A stretch of 61,945 bases of DNA from a virus (IMGVR_UViG_3300020474_001671:1-61945), one strand, 5' to 3'. Numbered from the stretch's first letter, positions 43,262 to 53,905 are shown. Notes: generated from the sequence alone by a model not told the origin. Numbers and translations: made by a program.

Positions 43262-44307
43262 CAAAAACAATATTCTCTAAAGCACCTTTACGTCTTGGTC
43301 TTGCTGGTGGTGGGACAGACTTAAGTCCATACTGGAATACCTATGGTGGAGTAGTGTTAAGTGGCACTATTGATCAGTATGCTTATTGTAAAATAGAACC
43401 ATACGATTGTAATTGTCGTGATACTCACTGGGTCTTTAAGAGTATTGATTTAGGAATCAGTGAAAGATATGACATGGGGTCTGAAAAATTCACTAACGGA
43501 GAATATGTGGACACTAAGTTAAAACTTATTGTTAACACCTATCAGTATCTCACTGCTAATTTAGAAAGAAAACCTGTCAAAATTACGACTTATGTTGAGG
43601 CACCAGCTGGGAGTGGTTTAGGAAGTTCTAGCGCACTCGTTGTCGCACTTGTATCTGCTATTAGTGAATACTATGGCATTCCTAATGATGAGTATGAGAC
43701 TGCTACCATTGCACTGAAGATTGAAAGAGAGATATGTGATCTTCCTGGTGGTAAACAAGATCAGTATTCTGCAGCATTCGGTGGATTTAATTTTATGGAG
43801 TTCTTACCTGATGGTAGAACCATTATTAATCCATTAAGACTTAATTACAAGACACAGAATATGCTTGAGATGAATACCGTGTTGTATTATGTTGGTTGTC
43901 CTAGGAATGATTCTAGAATTATTGAGTTGACCTCTCAAAATTTAGACAAAGATGAAAAAACTATAGAAGCAACTCATAAAATTAAGGAAACTTGTATAGA
44001 ATTTAAGAGGAGTTTGCTAACTGGGGATGTTGGTAAGATATCTGATTTGATGAATCAATATTGGAATCTTAAACTGAGAACTAGTAGTAAGGTTGGTTCT
44101 CCAGAACTACTTGAAACTTATGAATACGCTTTGCAAAATGGTGCCACTGCTGCTAAAATATCAGGTGCTGGAGGTGGAGGTCACATGATTCTATTCACTA
44201 CGTTTGAGAATAGGCATGATTTAATTTTATCTTTAAAACAAAAAGAGTATGGTAGAATAGTTCCATTCAAATTTGTAAAACATGGTGTTGATGTTTGGAG
44301 GGCATGA
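43258..44307 (+). CDS. hddA: GHMP sugar kinase, HddA (heptose-7-phosphate kinase)-like
   Basis: KAPLRLGLAGGGTD, PAGSGLGSSSA, GGKQDQY, KISGAGGGG. Confidence 0.8.
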   Translation: MTKTIFSKAPLRLGLAGGGTDLSPYWNTYGGVVLSGTIDQYAYCKIEPYDCNCRDTHWVFKSIDLGISERYDMGSEKFTNGEYVDTKLKLIVNTYQYLTANLERKPVKITTYVEAPAGSGLGSSSALVVALVSAISEYYGIPNDEYETATIALKIEREICDLPGGKQDQYSAAFGGFNFMEFLPDGRTIINPLRLNYKTQNMLEMNTVLYYVGCPRNDSRIIELTSQNLDKDEKTIEATHKIKETCIEFKRSLLTGDVGKISDLMNQYWNLKLRTSSKVGSPELLETYEYALQNGATAAKISGAGGGGHMILFTTFENRHDLILSLKQKEYGRIVPFKFVKHGVDVWRA

Positions 44308-44633
44308 TGAATTATGTAATTGATATTGACGATACTATCTGTATTCCTGGTCCAACTAACGAAACAAAGTATACAGATGCTACTCCAATGATGGAGAGAA
44401 TCGCAAAAATAAACAATCTATATATTCAAGGAAATTGTATCATCTATCACACTGCTAGAGGTATGGGTAAACATAAGAACTCTTCAAAACTTGCGCATGA
44501 AGAACATTACGATTTCACCCTAGCGCAGTTAGTGTCTTGGGGATGTATGTTTAATGAACTACGTATGGGAAAACCATCGGGTGATTACTATATTGATGAT
44601 AAGGGAGTAAACACTAATGATTTCTTCAATTAA
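44304..44633 (+). CDS. Small HAD phosphatase, capsule-biosynthesis type
   Basis: DIDDT, HTARG, GKP, YYIDDK. Confidence 0.82.
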   Translation: MMNYVIDIDDTICIPGPTNETKYTDATPMMERIAKINNLYIQGNCIIYHTARGMGKHKNSSKLAHEEHYDFTLAQLVSWGCMFNELRMGKPSGDYYIDDKGVNTNDFFN

Positions 44634-44970
44634 ATATGTCCCTAAGGGATGGGGATATGAAAAATGGATCACCAACAACGAAAGATACTGTGGAAAACTT
44701 TTATTTTTTAACAAAGGAAAGAAGTGTTCCTGGCACTACCATCAAATAAAAGAAGAAACTTTTTATATTCACTCTGGTAAGTTGCATTTGCTCTATGGAT
44801 TTGATGATGATATTAAGAAAGCAGAAGGAATAATATTAAATCCTGGGGATAAGTTTGAAGTTCCTAGAAATCTTAGGCATCAGATGTATGCCATTGAGGA
44901 CACGGATATGTATGAATTTTCCACTACACATTTTGAGGATGATAGTTACAGAGTTATCAAAGGGGATTAA
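44617..44970 (+). CDS. Cupin sugar isomerase/epimerase-like protein
   Basis: VPKGWGYE, SWHYHQIKEETF, RHQM, YEFST. Confidence 0.82.
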   Translation: MISSIKYVPKGWGYEKWITNNERYCGKLLFFNKGKKCSWHYHQIKEETFYIHSGKLHLLYGFDDDIKKAEGIILNPGDKFEVPRNLRHQMYAIEDTDMYEFSTTHFEDDSYRVIKGD

Positions 44971-45580
44971 ACTATATCTGCTTGTTGGTGGTAAAGGAAC
45001 TAGACTTGCTTCTGTTAGTAATGGTATCCCTAAGCCACTGATGGATATTCATGGTAAACCTTTCATTCAAAGAGTAATAGAGAACTTATATGGATTTGAT
45101 ATCACTCTGGTATGTTCTGATCTTAATTATGAATACTTTAGAGACCTAGGAGTTGATGTATTCAATGAGGGAGAACCATCAGGGACTGCTGGATTTCTAC
45201 GCAAGGTAGATTTGCCAGAGTATTTTTATGTGATGAATGGTGATACGTATTACTCTGGTGATTTAAATTTAGATACAGATACCTCAACAGTTTTTGTTAC
45301 TGAAGAACTTGTAGCAAATGATGTAGGATATATTGAAGGTACAGATGGAAAGGTTGAAAGATTTGTGGAGAAAAATCCTGAGGCAAGTGGTAAAAAGATG
45401 GTCAATATGGGGATCTATAAAATATATTCTGATGATATCATAGTGCCTGAAAAGTTGTCATTGAGTATGGAGTATGATATAATGCCTATGATGCCACTAT
45501 CATATAAAGTTTTAGAGTCAGATAGGTTTGACATTGGTACTCCAGAAAGATTAGAGAGATTTAAATTATGGTGTGTTTGA
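44939..45580 (+). CDS. Sugar-1-phosphate nucleotidyltransferase, HddC-like (start uncertain)
   Basis: GGKGTRL, PKPL, GTAG, MNGDT, FVEK, FDIGTPE. Confidence 0.82.
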   Translation: MIVTELSKGIKLYLLVGGKGTRLASVSNGIPKPLMDIHGKPFIQRVIENLYGFDITLVCSDLNYEYFRDLGVDVFNEGEPSGTAGFLRKVDLPEYFYVMNGDTYYSGDLNLDTDTSTVFVTEELVANDVGYIEGTDGKVERFVEKNPEASGKKMVNMGIYKIYSDDIIVPEKLSLSMEYDIMPMMPLSYKVLESDRFDIGTPERLERFKLWCV

Positions 45581-46470
45581 TTACTGGTGCTGCTGGTATG
45601 ATGGGGTCTCATTTGTATGAAACTCTTTTAAATCATGGTCAAGAAGTGATTCCAACGTATCACAAACCGACAATTGATTCTAGAGATGAGATACTAGATA
45701 ATATTACAGTTATTCTTGATGTATTAAACAAGAGTGACATTATTCGTGTCTTGTCGAAATATCAACCGTCAGTAATTTATCATTTGGCAGCACAGAGTAG
45801 ACCTGATGTTTCTTTTGAAGATCCAATTCATACTATAACTACAAACGTAATTGGCACAGCAAATCTTCTTGATTGTTGTGCCAAGTTAAATCTAAACCCT
45901 CTATTCATCAACGCATCTTCATCAGCTGTGTATGGTGATATTGATTGGTCTAACCCACCAGATGAGGATAGATATTGCAATCCACTCTCTCCATATGGGA
46001 CATCTAAATTGTCTCAGGAGCACATTGTGAGAAATTATCACCAGATGTTTGGTATTGACTATGTGAATGTCAGAATTTTCAATTGCACTGGTCCAAGAAA
46101 GACTAATGACTTTGTTTCTGATATGTGTAAACGTGTCGTTAATGAAGAGTTTCCTATAAAGGTTGGAAATTTGAATGGGGTTAGATCAATCATAGATGTA
46201 AGAGACTTGACAGAGGCACTATACCGTTGTCAAAATATCAAGAACGAAACAATTAATCTTGGTTCTAGTGTCTCCTTACGTATCTCAGATGTCTTTAAAA
46301 AAATAGTCGGTGATCAAGATTATTATATTGATGATGGTCTATTGAGACCCACTGATGAACCCATTATCATTGGAAATATAGACAAGGCACAGAAACTATT
46401 ACAATGGAGACCTGTAATTAGATTAGAAAAAACAATTAGTGACACACTCGATTATTGGAAAAACTTATGA
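45568..46470 (+). CDS. GDP-sugar dehydratase/reductase-type SDR
   Basis: TGAAGMMG, HLAAQS..VSF, SSSAVYG, YGTSK, VGNL, LRPTD. Confidence 0.85.
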   Translation: MVCLITGAAGMMGSHLYETLLNHGQEVIPTYHKPTIDSRDEILDNITVILDVLNKSDIIRVLSKYQPSVIYHLAAQSRPDVSFEDPIHTITTNVIGTANLLDCCAKLNLNPLFINASSSAVYGDIDWSNPPDEDRYCNPLSPYGTSKLSQEHIVRNYHQMFGIDYVNVRIFNCTGPRKTNDFVSDMCKRVVNEEFPIKVGNLNGVRSIIDVRDLTEALYRCQNIKNETINLGSSVSLRISDVFKKIVGDQDYYIDDGLLRPTDEPIIIGNIDKAQKLLQWRPVIRLEKTISDTLDYWKNL

Positions 46471-47240
46471 AAGTAGCATTATGTTTATCAGGTCAACCTA
46501 GACTCATTCCAGAGTGTGCCCCATACATTCTAGAGAACATGTGTGTGGGATATGATGTGGATGTATTTTTTCATTTCTGGTTTGATGAAAAATTACAAAC
46601 ACAACCATACAAATACGGTGGTGATGGTGGATGGGAAAAACAGAGGATCTCTCCTTCAGCAATTGAAGATGCTTTGAGTATATACAAACCAAAACTCTAC
46701 AAGACAGAGGAGAGTAAAACTTTTAGAGATAACACTCTACATACTGATTATGCATATTATCCAGACACAGCAAGAATAGTCCCTTGGTCTGTTCATTGGC
46801 AAGAATCAGAAGAACCTGATTACATTAGTAGGATGGTTAACAACTGGATGTCTTATCACTATAGTGTTAATCAAGTCAATCTTTTAAGGAAAGAGTATGA
46901 GTATGCAAACGATTTCAAGTATGATTGGGTTGTAAAATTGAGAAGTGATTGTGAACCTAGACAAAAAATTCAGTATGAACAATACGATAAATCTGTGGTA
47001 AACTATTCTGGATGGTTGAATCAACCTGATGGAATGATCAATGATTGGCTAGACTTTGGTGGGTCTAGAGCAATGGATGTTTTTATGAGCACATTTAACT
47101 ATATGGAAATATTAATGGAACGATGTAAAAAAGAGTTTGGAGGTGCTTGGTCCAATGAGATGCTACATAGAAAAGCACTTGATGTATTTGGAATTGATCA
47201 TCAACCACATCCATTCATTGTAACTGTACCAAGATTTTAA
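46467..47240 (+). CDS. Putative glycosyltransferase (xALCLSGQPR family)
   Basis: KVALCLSGQPR...YDWVVKLRSD; island context. Confidence 0.6.
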   Translation: MKVALCLSGQPRLIPECAPYILENMCVGYDVDVFFHFWFDEKLQTQPYKYGGDGGWEKQRISPSAIEDALSIYKPKLYKTEESKTFRDNTLHTDYAYYPDTARIVPWSVHWQESEEPDYISRMVNNWMSYHYSVNQVNLLRKEYEYANDFKYDWVVKLRSDCEPRQKIQYEQYDKSVVNYSGWLNQPDGMINDWLDFGGSRAMDVFMSTFNYMEILMERCKKEFGGAWSNEMLHRKALDVFGIDHQPHPFIVTVPRF

Positions 47241-47242
47241 TT

Positions 47243-48280
47243 ATGTCAAACACAAAGGTAATTATCTGGGGTTTCCCCCTGGATACTCATACACATTCAT
47301 ATACTCACTCCGCTCTGTATAATGCATTCAAGCATCTTGGATATGATGCTTATTGGTTTCATCATCAGAATTATCCAGACCCTGCCATATTTGATTATTC
47401 AAACTCTCTTTTCATCACAGAGGGATTTGCGGACATGGATATTCCAATTTTAGATTCCTCTACTTACTTTGTTCACAATGCAGTAAATCCTGGTAAGTAT
47501 CTGGAAAAAGATGCTAGACTCGTTGATATTAGATTCAACGTTAGGGAGATAAACGATTACAACTATAATATGGTTGTGGATAAAAAGGAACTTACAGAGA
47601 TTGATCCAGTAAGTTTCTATAATCCTAAGGCAGATGATAGTGTTCTTGGTGACAGGTATAAGAAAGGACTGAGTGGATATGAAGCACTTCATACTATTTG
47701 GGCAACTAACCTTCTTCCTCATGAAATTAATTTTGAGGATAGATTTTTTCCGAGAGAAGACAATTTTTATTTCATTGGCACTCTTGGTGGAAGTCCTGCT
47801 CTTGAGATGCAGAAGGTAGCACAGACTTTAGATAGACTTGGTATTCCATTCGTCCATAGAAATCCTTGGAGTGACCCCTGCACTTTTGAAGAAAACAAAG
47901 TTTATATGCAGAAGTCTATAATTTCTCTAGATGTTCGTGGTAGTGACGCATATCACGGTAACTCTGATGGGAATATTGAATTGCATGGTAAACCAGTTAC
48001 TGGAGGAAACCATAAGAAGATTGGATTTATACCATGTCGAACTATCAAGCAGATTAGTTTTGGTAGACTTCCTGGTACGAATTCTTCATCAGTCAAAGAA
48101 GTGTTTGGTGATTATGTTATTTACAATGATGATGAATCTCAACTACCAATTGATTGTTTAGAGTTTGAGAAGAATCCAGATCATGATCTCATGTATGAAG
48201 CAATGAGATTTGTTAAAGAGAATCACACGTTTATCAATCGTGCTGAAGCAATTTTAAAAGTATTTAATAAGGAGGTTTGA
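47243..48280 (+). CDS. Putative GT-B glycosyltransferase
   Basis: HTHSYTH, IPCR, C-terminal FVKENHTFINR. Confidence 0.6.
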   Translation: MSNTKVIIWGFPLDTHTHSYTHSALYNAFKHLGYDAYWFHHQNYPDPAIFDYSNSLFITEGFADMDIPILDSSTYFVHNAVNPGKYLEKDARLVDIRFNVREINDYNYNMVVDKKELTEIDPVSFYNPKADDSVLGDRYKKGLSGYEALHTIWATNLLPHEINFEDRFFPREDNFYFIGTLGGSPALEMQKVAQTLDRLGIPFVHRNPWSDPCTFEENKVYMQKSIISLDVRGSDAYHGNSDGNIELHGKPVTGGNHKKIGFIPCRTIKQISFGRLPGTNSSSVKEVFGDYVIYNDDESQLPIDCLEFEKNPDHDLMYEAMRFVKENHTFINRAEAILKVFNKEV

Positions 48281-48282
48281 AA

Positions 48283-49098
48283 ATGTCTGTAACTTTAGTA
48301 ACTGCTCTCTATGATATTGATAGGGGAACAAAGGGAGATGGTAGATCCTTTGATGAATATCTTGATTGGTTTGCAAAAACCCTTAAGACTAAATCACCAA
48401 TGGTTGTCTTTGTTGATGAATCTTTAAAAGAATTTGTGGAGAAGAATAGAAAGGGTTTACCAACAAAGGTAATTACTCAATCATTGGAAGAGATTCCTTA
48501 TTATGAATTGAATAATGATATTCAAAAAGTTTTAGATGATGAGGATTTTAAAGGGAAAGTCTCTTGCCCATCTAGAGTTGAGTGTAAGATGAGTCTCTAT
48601 AATGTTGTCATTTTCTCTAAGTTCCCTTGGGTAAAGAGAGTCATTGAAGAGAACCCTTTTGATACTGAATACTTTATGTGGATGGATGCAGGTCTTTCTA
48701 GATTTTTTGGTCCTCATGATGTGAATATCAATATGCCTTATCCTTCAGAGGCAGCACAAGAGGTGCTCTTATCTTGTAAGGATACTGTATTGATTCAAGC
48801 TACAATGAATTTTTATACTGATTTAGTTGAATCTGAAGTGTGTGATGAATCATACTTCCTTGACGCTAGATCTTGGGTTATGGCAGGACTATGGGGTGGT
48901 GGAGCAAAAGCACTCAGTAAGTTCTGTGATATGGTTGATGATGTTCTTCGGAATAAAATGATTAAGAATAATGTTATCAATAATGAGCAGATTGTGATGG
49001 CATATCTTTATAAAAATAATGATGAACTGTTCAGTGTCTTTGAAAATTATACTCATCTTCATAGACAATATGAAATTATTGCGGAGTTGCAAGCATGA
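48283..49098 (+). CDS. HtrL/YibB-like glycosyltransferase
   Basis: LVTALYDI, ENPFDTEYFMWMDAG, GLWGG, NNEQ. Confidence 0.75.
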   Translation: MSVTLVTALYDIDRGTKGDGRSFDEYLDWFAKTLKTKSPMVVFVDESLKEFVEKNRKGLPTKVITQSLEEIPYYELNNDIQKVLDDEDFKGKVSCPSRVECKMSLYNVVIFSKFPWVKRVIEENPFDTEYFMWMDAGLSRFFGPHDVNINMPYPSEAAQEVLLSCKDTVLIQATMNFYTDLVESEVCDESYFLDARSWVMAGLWGGGAKALSKFCDMVDDVLRNKMIKNNVINNEQIVMAYLYKNNDELFSVFENYTHLHRQYEIIAELQA

Positions 49099-49754
49099 AG
49101 ATTCTCATTGAACTCAGGGCAGCTGTAGATGTTAGTGATTACAAGTATGGAAATGACTATGTTCAGTCCAGGATAGATGATTACTCTAGGGGTCTAAAGA
49201 TTTTCTTTGATAAGGTAGATACCTCTAAGTGTGATGTTGTTTTTGTTGAAAATACTCATGAAAGTGAAGATGATCTTCCACAAGAAGTCAAAGATGCAAT
49301 TCCTGCAGGAACTTTTATGTTTGTTAAGCACAAGAATGATTATGGAAAGTATAATAATGGAGGTGGTGACATTGAAATGTGGAAGGAATACCAAGAGCAA
49401 ATCAGTGAATATGATTATTTCTTCCACTATGAACCTAGAATGATTCTTGATGATGCCTCAATGATTGAGTCATTTTTAAACAATCCTAGAAACCTTTTCT
49501 GTGTCGAGGATAATACTGTCTTCCCTTGCGTCAAAACTGGATACTTTGGTGTCAAAGTAGTAGACTTCATAGAGTATCTTGATGGCATTAATCTAGATGA
49601 GTTTGCTCCACCACCACCAAAAGATGGAGTCAACATCGAGAATAGTATGAGAGATTTTTGGGAAACCAAAGACACAGATTTTCAACCAGATATTAAATAC
49701 TGCACCCGGAGATGGTATAATGAAAGTTATGGAAGTGGACACTCAAAATATTAA
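49095..49754 (+). CDS. Hypothetical protein, possible glycosyltransferase
   Basis: ATGA coupling within island. Confidence 0.55.
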   Translation: MKILIELRAAVDVSDYKYGNDYVQSRIDDYSRGLKIFFDKVDTSKCDVVFVENTHESEDDLPQEVKDAIPAGTFMFVKHKNDYGKYNNGGGDIEMWKEYQEQISEYDYFFHYEPRMILDDASMIESFLNNPRNLFCVEDNTVFPCVKTGYFGVKVVDFIEYLDGINLDEFAPPPPKDGVNIENSMRDFWETKDTDFQPDIKYCTRRWYNESYGSGHSKY

Positions 49755-50280
49755 ATCTTCTTATAAAGAAAACAACTACGATAAAGTATTTCAATCAATT
49801 TGTTTTGTTTCAAAACCAAAGAATATAGTTGAGTTTGGTATCTTAGAGGGATATTCTCTAGATTCTTTTATCAAGTATGGTGGAAACGCAATTATTGAAG
49901 CAAATGATTTGTTTGATGAATTTCCACACAATGCAGCAGACTATGAGTTTGTAACTAACAAGTATAAAGACAACTCAAATGTCTTTATTAATAAGAAAAA
50001 TTTTTATGATTCTGTTGGGGATTATAAAGATAATTCGATAGACATTTTACACATTGATATTGCAAATAATGGAGATGTCTTTGACTTTGCAATACAAAAT
50101 TATCTACCTAAAGTACGTGGAGTCATGATGCTTGAAGGTGGTTCTGTGGAAAGAGATAATGTTGAGTGGATGTTGAGGTATAATAAACCCACAATTCAAC
50201 CTGTGTTGCAAAAGTATGCAGACAGTGTTAGAATAGAAGTTCTAGACGATTACCCATCAATAACTCTAATTTCAAAATGA
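49720..50280 (+). CDS. Class I SAM-dependent methyltransferase
   Basis: IVEFGILEGYS, DLF, IDILHID. Confidence 0.75.
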   Translation: MKVMEVDTQNIKSSYKENNYDKVFQSICFVSKPKNIVEFGILEGYSLDSFIKYGGNAIIEANDLFDEFPHNAADYEFVTNKYKDNSNVFINKKNFYDSVGDYKDNSIDILHIDIANNGDVFDFAIQNYLPKVRGVMMLEGGSVERDNVEWMLRYNKPTIQPVLQKYADSVRIEVLDDYPSITLISK

Positions 50281-51470
50281 AAGTAAAAGAAAGTATCATA
50301 CCTCTATTTAAGGTATTCATGGCAAATGAAACTCCTGAAAAAGTATCAAAAGTATTGATGTCTGGTTTTATTGGTCAGGGTCCAAAGGTAGAAGAGTTTG
50401 AATTGAAATTAAAGACGTTTTTCAATAATGAAAAAGTTGTTAGTGTGAATGCTGCAACATCAGCAGAACACCTTGCTCTTCATATGCTGAAGAGACCTGC
50501 TGATAACATCAAATCATACTTTGGTGTTGCCTTTGCAAACTCTCATTGGGATGGTATGGAACCTGGTGATGAAGTTTTGACTACGCCACTGACTTGTACT
50601 GCTACTAACTGGCCTATTGTTGCTAATGGATTTAAAGTAAAGTGGGTTGATGTTGATCTTAACACTTGCAATATTGACCTAAATGACCTTGAGAAGAAGA
50701 TCACATCAAAAACTAAAGTAATCATGGTGGTTCACTGGGGTGGGTATCCAGTGGACCTTGATCGGTTGAAGGAGATCCAAGACAATGCAGAGGAGAAGTA
50801 TGGGTTCAGACCTGTCGTGATTGAGGATTGTGCTCATGCCTTTGGATCAACATACAAGGGATCAAAGATTGGTAATCATGGTAATATCTGTACATTCAGT
50901 TTTCAAGCAATCAAGCACCTGACCACTGGTGATGGTGGTTGTGCAATATTCCCTAATGAAAATCAGGTGAAGAGGGCAAAACTTCTTCGTTGGTATGGTA
51001 TTGATAGGGAAAACAATCGTAAGGACTTTCGGTGTGAGAGTGACATCTCAGAGTATGGATTTAAGTTTCATATGAATGATATTAATGCCACTATTGGTAT
51101 TAACAATTTACCTGGAGTGGAAGAGAATATTGCCAAGACTATTGACAATGCTAATTTTTACAATCAAGAGTTGGTAAATGTACCTGGAGTGACTCTTCTT
51201 GAGAATAATTCTGATCGTCAATCATCATATTGGATCTACACCTTGAAGGTTGAAAGGCAGCAGGACTTTATGAGTAAGATGAAAGAATGTAACATCATGG
51301 TTAGTAGAGTACATGAAAGAAATGATATTCATTCATGTATGTCTGAGTTTAGAACTGATCTTCCTAACCTAGATAAACTTGTAAAAGAAATGATTTGTAT
51401 TCCTGTTGGTTGGTGGGTCACACCAGAAGATCTACAGTATATTGTTGACTGCATTAAGGAGGGTTGGTAA
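50277..51470 (+). CDS. DegT/DnrJ/EryC1/StrS sugar aminotransferase
   Basis: PGDEV, VHWGG, IEDCAHAFG, FSFQAIKHLTTGDGG. Confidence 0.92.
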   Translation: MKVKESIIPLFKVFMANETPEKVSKVLMSGFIGQGPKVEEFELKLKTFFNNEKVVSVNAATSAEHLALHMLKRPADNIKSYFGVAFANSHWDGMEPGDEVLTTPLTCTATNWPIVANGFKVKWVDVDLNTCNIDLNDLEKKITSKTKVIMVVHWGGYPVDLDRLKEIQDNAEEKYGFRPVVIEDCAHAFGSTYKGSKIGNHGNICTFSFQAIKHLTTGDGGCAIFPNENQVKRAKLLRWYGIDRENNRKDFRCESDISEYGFKFHMNDINATIGINNLPGVEENIAKTIDNANFYNQELVNVPGVTLLENNSDRQSSYWIYTLKVERQQDFMSKMKECNIMVSRVHERNDIHSCMSEFRTDLPNLDKLVKEMICIPVGWWVTPEDLQYIVDCIKEGW

Positions 51471-52126
51471 TGCTTGGTACAAAGTTCTCTTTTGATAAAG
51501 AGAAGTATAAGTTTAGGAACGAAATAGAAAAAATATTTCAAAATAATAACTTAGAATATATTCATGAGTGGGAAGATTGTAATTTTGGAAAACTTACATT
51601 TTCTACAGATCAAAGTACAAAAATACATAAAAAATATTACGAGCAAGTAAAGGAAACCAATTTTTTGAATATCTACAATAAATTTGTAAAGGAAATTATT
51701 TTTCCTCATTTTAAAAAAGATATCCTATACCAAAGATTTCCCACTTTTAGAGTTCAAGTTCCCAACAATATTTCTGTGGCAGAATTTCATAAAGATAAAA
51801 CTTATAGTCATAGTCCTCATGAAGTAAATATATTTTTACCAATTACAGAAGCAAAAGATACCTCTACTATTTGGGTAGAGTCTGTAGAAAATAAGGGTGA
51901 TTATAAACCAATGAATGCCGATTATGGGGAGTATTATGTATGGAATGGATCAAATCTAACACATGGTAATAAAATCAATATAACTAGTATGACTAGATTT
52001 AGTGTTGATTTTAGGATTCTTCCTTATGAAAAATATAATGAGTGTGATATTAAAGAAACCGTCACTAAAAAAATGGAATTAAAATTGGGTAAGTATTTTG
52101 AATTATTGAGGTATAGTAATGACTGA
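51470..52126 (+). CDS. Fe(II)/2-oxoglutarate dioxygenase-like protein (StrG/PhyH-like)
   Basis: HKD, distal HGNKIN, TRFSVDFR. Confidence 0.72.
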   Translation: MLGTKFSFDKEKYKFRNEIEKIFQNNNLEYIHEWEDCNFGKLTFSTDQSTKIHKKYYEQVKETNFLNIYNKFVKEIIFPHFKKDILYQRFPTFRVQVPNNISVAEFHKDKTYSHSPHEVNIFLPITEAKDTSTIWVESVENKGDYKPMNADYGEYYVWNGSNLTHGNKINITSMTRFSVDFRILPYEKYNECDIKETVTKKMELKLGKYFELLRYSND

Positions 52127-53009
52127 TGTTAAGTATCCTGCAAAGTTTTTAGAACAATATAAGATTAATGGGTGTGTCAATATTGATACAGAACCTTATT
52201 TTGAAAGAACAGAATGTTATCCTTTTTTCCAAGAGCACTTAGTTGATTATAAAAATCTTCTGGTGGATCTTGTAGAGAAAGGAAAGAGTAAGACATTCTA
52301 TAAGTTTGGTGATGGTGATTACTGGTTCTTAAGAGGTATTCCTTCCGGTAGTGCTAGACCTGGAGCAAGAGCTCTTGCCAAACCATATTCTGAAATAAAT
52401 CACCAACAATTTATTGAAGGATCTAAATTATGTGATTATTATACATGTGAAATCTATACTCATAATAGAGAATTTTTTAGAGAAGTAATTCCTCATCAGA
52501 AGATTCATTTTCCTGCGGAGTATGGATATGCTTTGATTGCAAATAAGTGGTTGTTTAAAACTTTTGCAGGTAAGATTGGTCTCATTGGAGCAAGCACAAA
52601 AATGAATTTAGTGAGTGAATTAATGGGAGCAGATCAGTATCAAGAGTATCTTGGTATTGAAAAGTTTGAGGATTATATTTCTCTACCTCAAAAGTTTGCT
52701 TGTGATGATTTGGATGCAACTGAACAGATGGTTGGAGAACAACTAAGGAAATCAACTTCTAAGATCTTCCTGATGGGTATGGGACACGTTAAGTCTGGTC
52801 TTATACATAGACTGAAGAAGTATACAGATGCTGTATTTCTAGATGTTGGTGCTGGTATTGATGCAATTGCTGGTATCATCGATGTAGGAAGACCATACTT
52901 TGGGGATTGGACTAACTATCAAATTGACGAAGAAAATCTGTATGAAGATGTAGATTATCTTGGGTATGAATCTTTAGGAAAGCATATTATTTTGGAAAGA
53001 ATTCAATGA
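52119..53009 (+). CDS. Hypothetical protein, possible GT-D-fold glycosyltransferase
   Basis: KFGDGD and LDVG motifs resemble DUF1792/GT-D. Confidence 0.55.
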   Translation: MTDVKYPAKFLEQYKINGCVNIDTEPYFERTECYPFFQEHLVDYKNLLVDLVEKGKSKTFYKFGDGDYWFLRGIPSGSARPGARALAKPYSEINHQQFIEGSKLCDYYTCEIYTHNREFFREVIPHQKIHFPAEYGYALIANKWLFKTFAGKIGLIGASTKMNLVSELMGADQYQEYLGIEKFEDYISLPQKFACDDLDATEQMVGEQLRKSTSKIFLMGMGHVKSGLIHRLKKYTDAVFLDVGAGIDAIAGIIDVGRPYFGDWTNYQIDEENLYEDVDYLGYESLGKHIILERIQ

Positions 53010-53905
53010 AACATCCCGGTAAACACTCTATTGAAGTAACAACAAAGATAGGTTGCTCTAATGTATGTGAGTATTGTCCTCAATCTACCTTGATTAGTAG
53101 GTATCGTGAAAGGATTGGAAAAGAAAAAGACACGATGATGTCCCTAGAGACATACAAGAAGTGTATTAGCACCATGCATAATGATGAAGTCACTCTAAAC
53201 TTCACAGGATATGTTGAACCTTTTCTGAATCCTGAGTGTGCTGATATGGTCATTCATACGAACGAGATGGGTTTTGAATTACTTGTTAACACCACTCTGA
53301 TGGGACTCACTAAAGAGCAGTGGGACAAGATGAGTGACATTCCTTATGATTGTAATATTCATTTGCCATCTGGATCATACTTTGAAATGATCGGGGTCAA
53401 AATTCCGATTCAGTATTATGAAGAGGGTAGTCAGAAGTATCCAGAGTTGAGTGATGAATATTATGAGATGCTCAATTATGTGATTCAAAATCCTAATAAG
53501 TGGACAATCAACTTTCATTGCCATGGTGATCTACACCCCTTGCTCAATGACTTGACTAGGTATTATAATGTGGGAGTAAGAGATATCAACAGCAGAGCAA
53601 TGAATATGTTGTTAGAAAAAAAAGAAAAGGTGCCACCTGAACAGAACATTAGAGGCAAGTGCCCAAGGGTATATCAGAATGTTCTCTTACCAGATGGTTC
53701 TCTTTCTATCTGCTGTCAGGACTATGGTCTTGATGAGATTATGGGTAACCTCATGGAGAATACTTGGGAAGAGTATATTAACTCCGAACGTGTACAAGAT
53801 GTAAGATCACACGGGTCAGATCTGTGTGATTATTGCGAAGAGGAGATTGATTATAGGGGTAAAGAAAAGTGGGCTGAATGGAGGAGACCTCAACAAATTA
53901 GATAA
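53006..53905 (+). CDS. Radical SAM protein with SPASM/twitch domain
   Basis: CSNVCEYC; C-terminal C...DGSLSICCQD...MGNL...CDYC. Confidence 0.88.
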   Translation: MKHPGKHSIEVTTKIGCSNVCEYCPQSTLISRYRERIGKEKDTMMSLETYKKCISTMHNDEVTLNFTGYVEPFLNPECADMVIHTNEMGFELLVNTTLMGLTKEQWDKMSDIPYDCNIHLPSGSYFEMIGVKIPIQYYEEGSQKYPELSDEYYEMLNYVIQNPNKWTINFHCHGDLHPLLNDLTRYYNVGVRDINSRAMNMLLEKKEKVPPEQNIRGKCPRVYQNVLLPDGSLSICCQDYGLDEIMGNLMENTWEEYINSERVQDVRSHGSDLCDYCEEEIDYRGKEKWAEWRRPQQIR

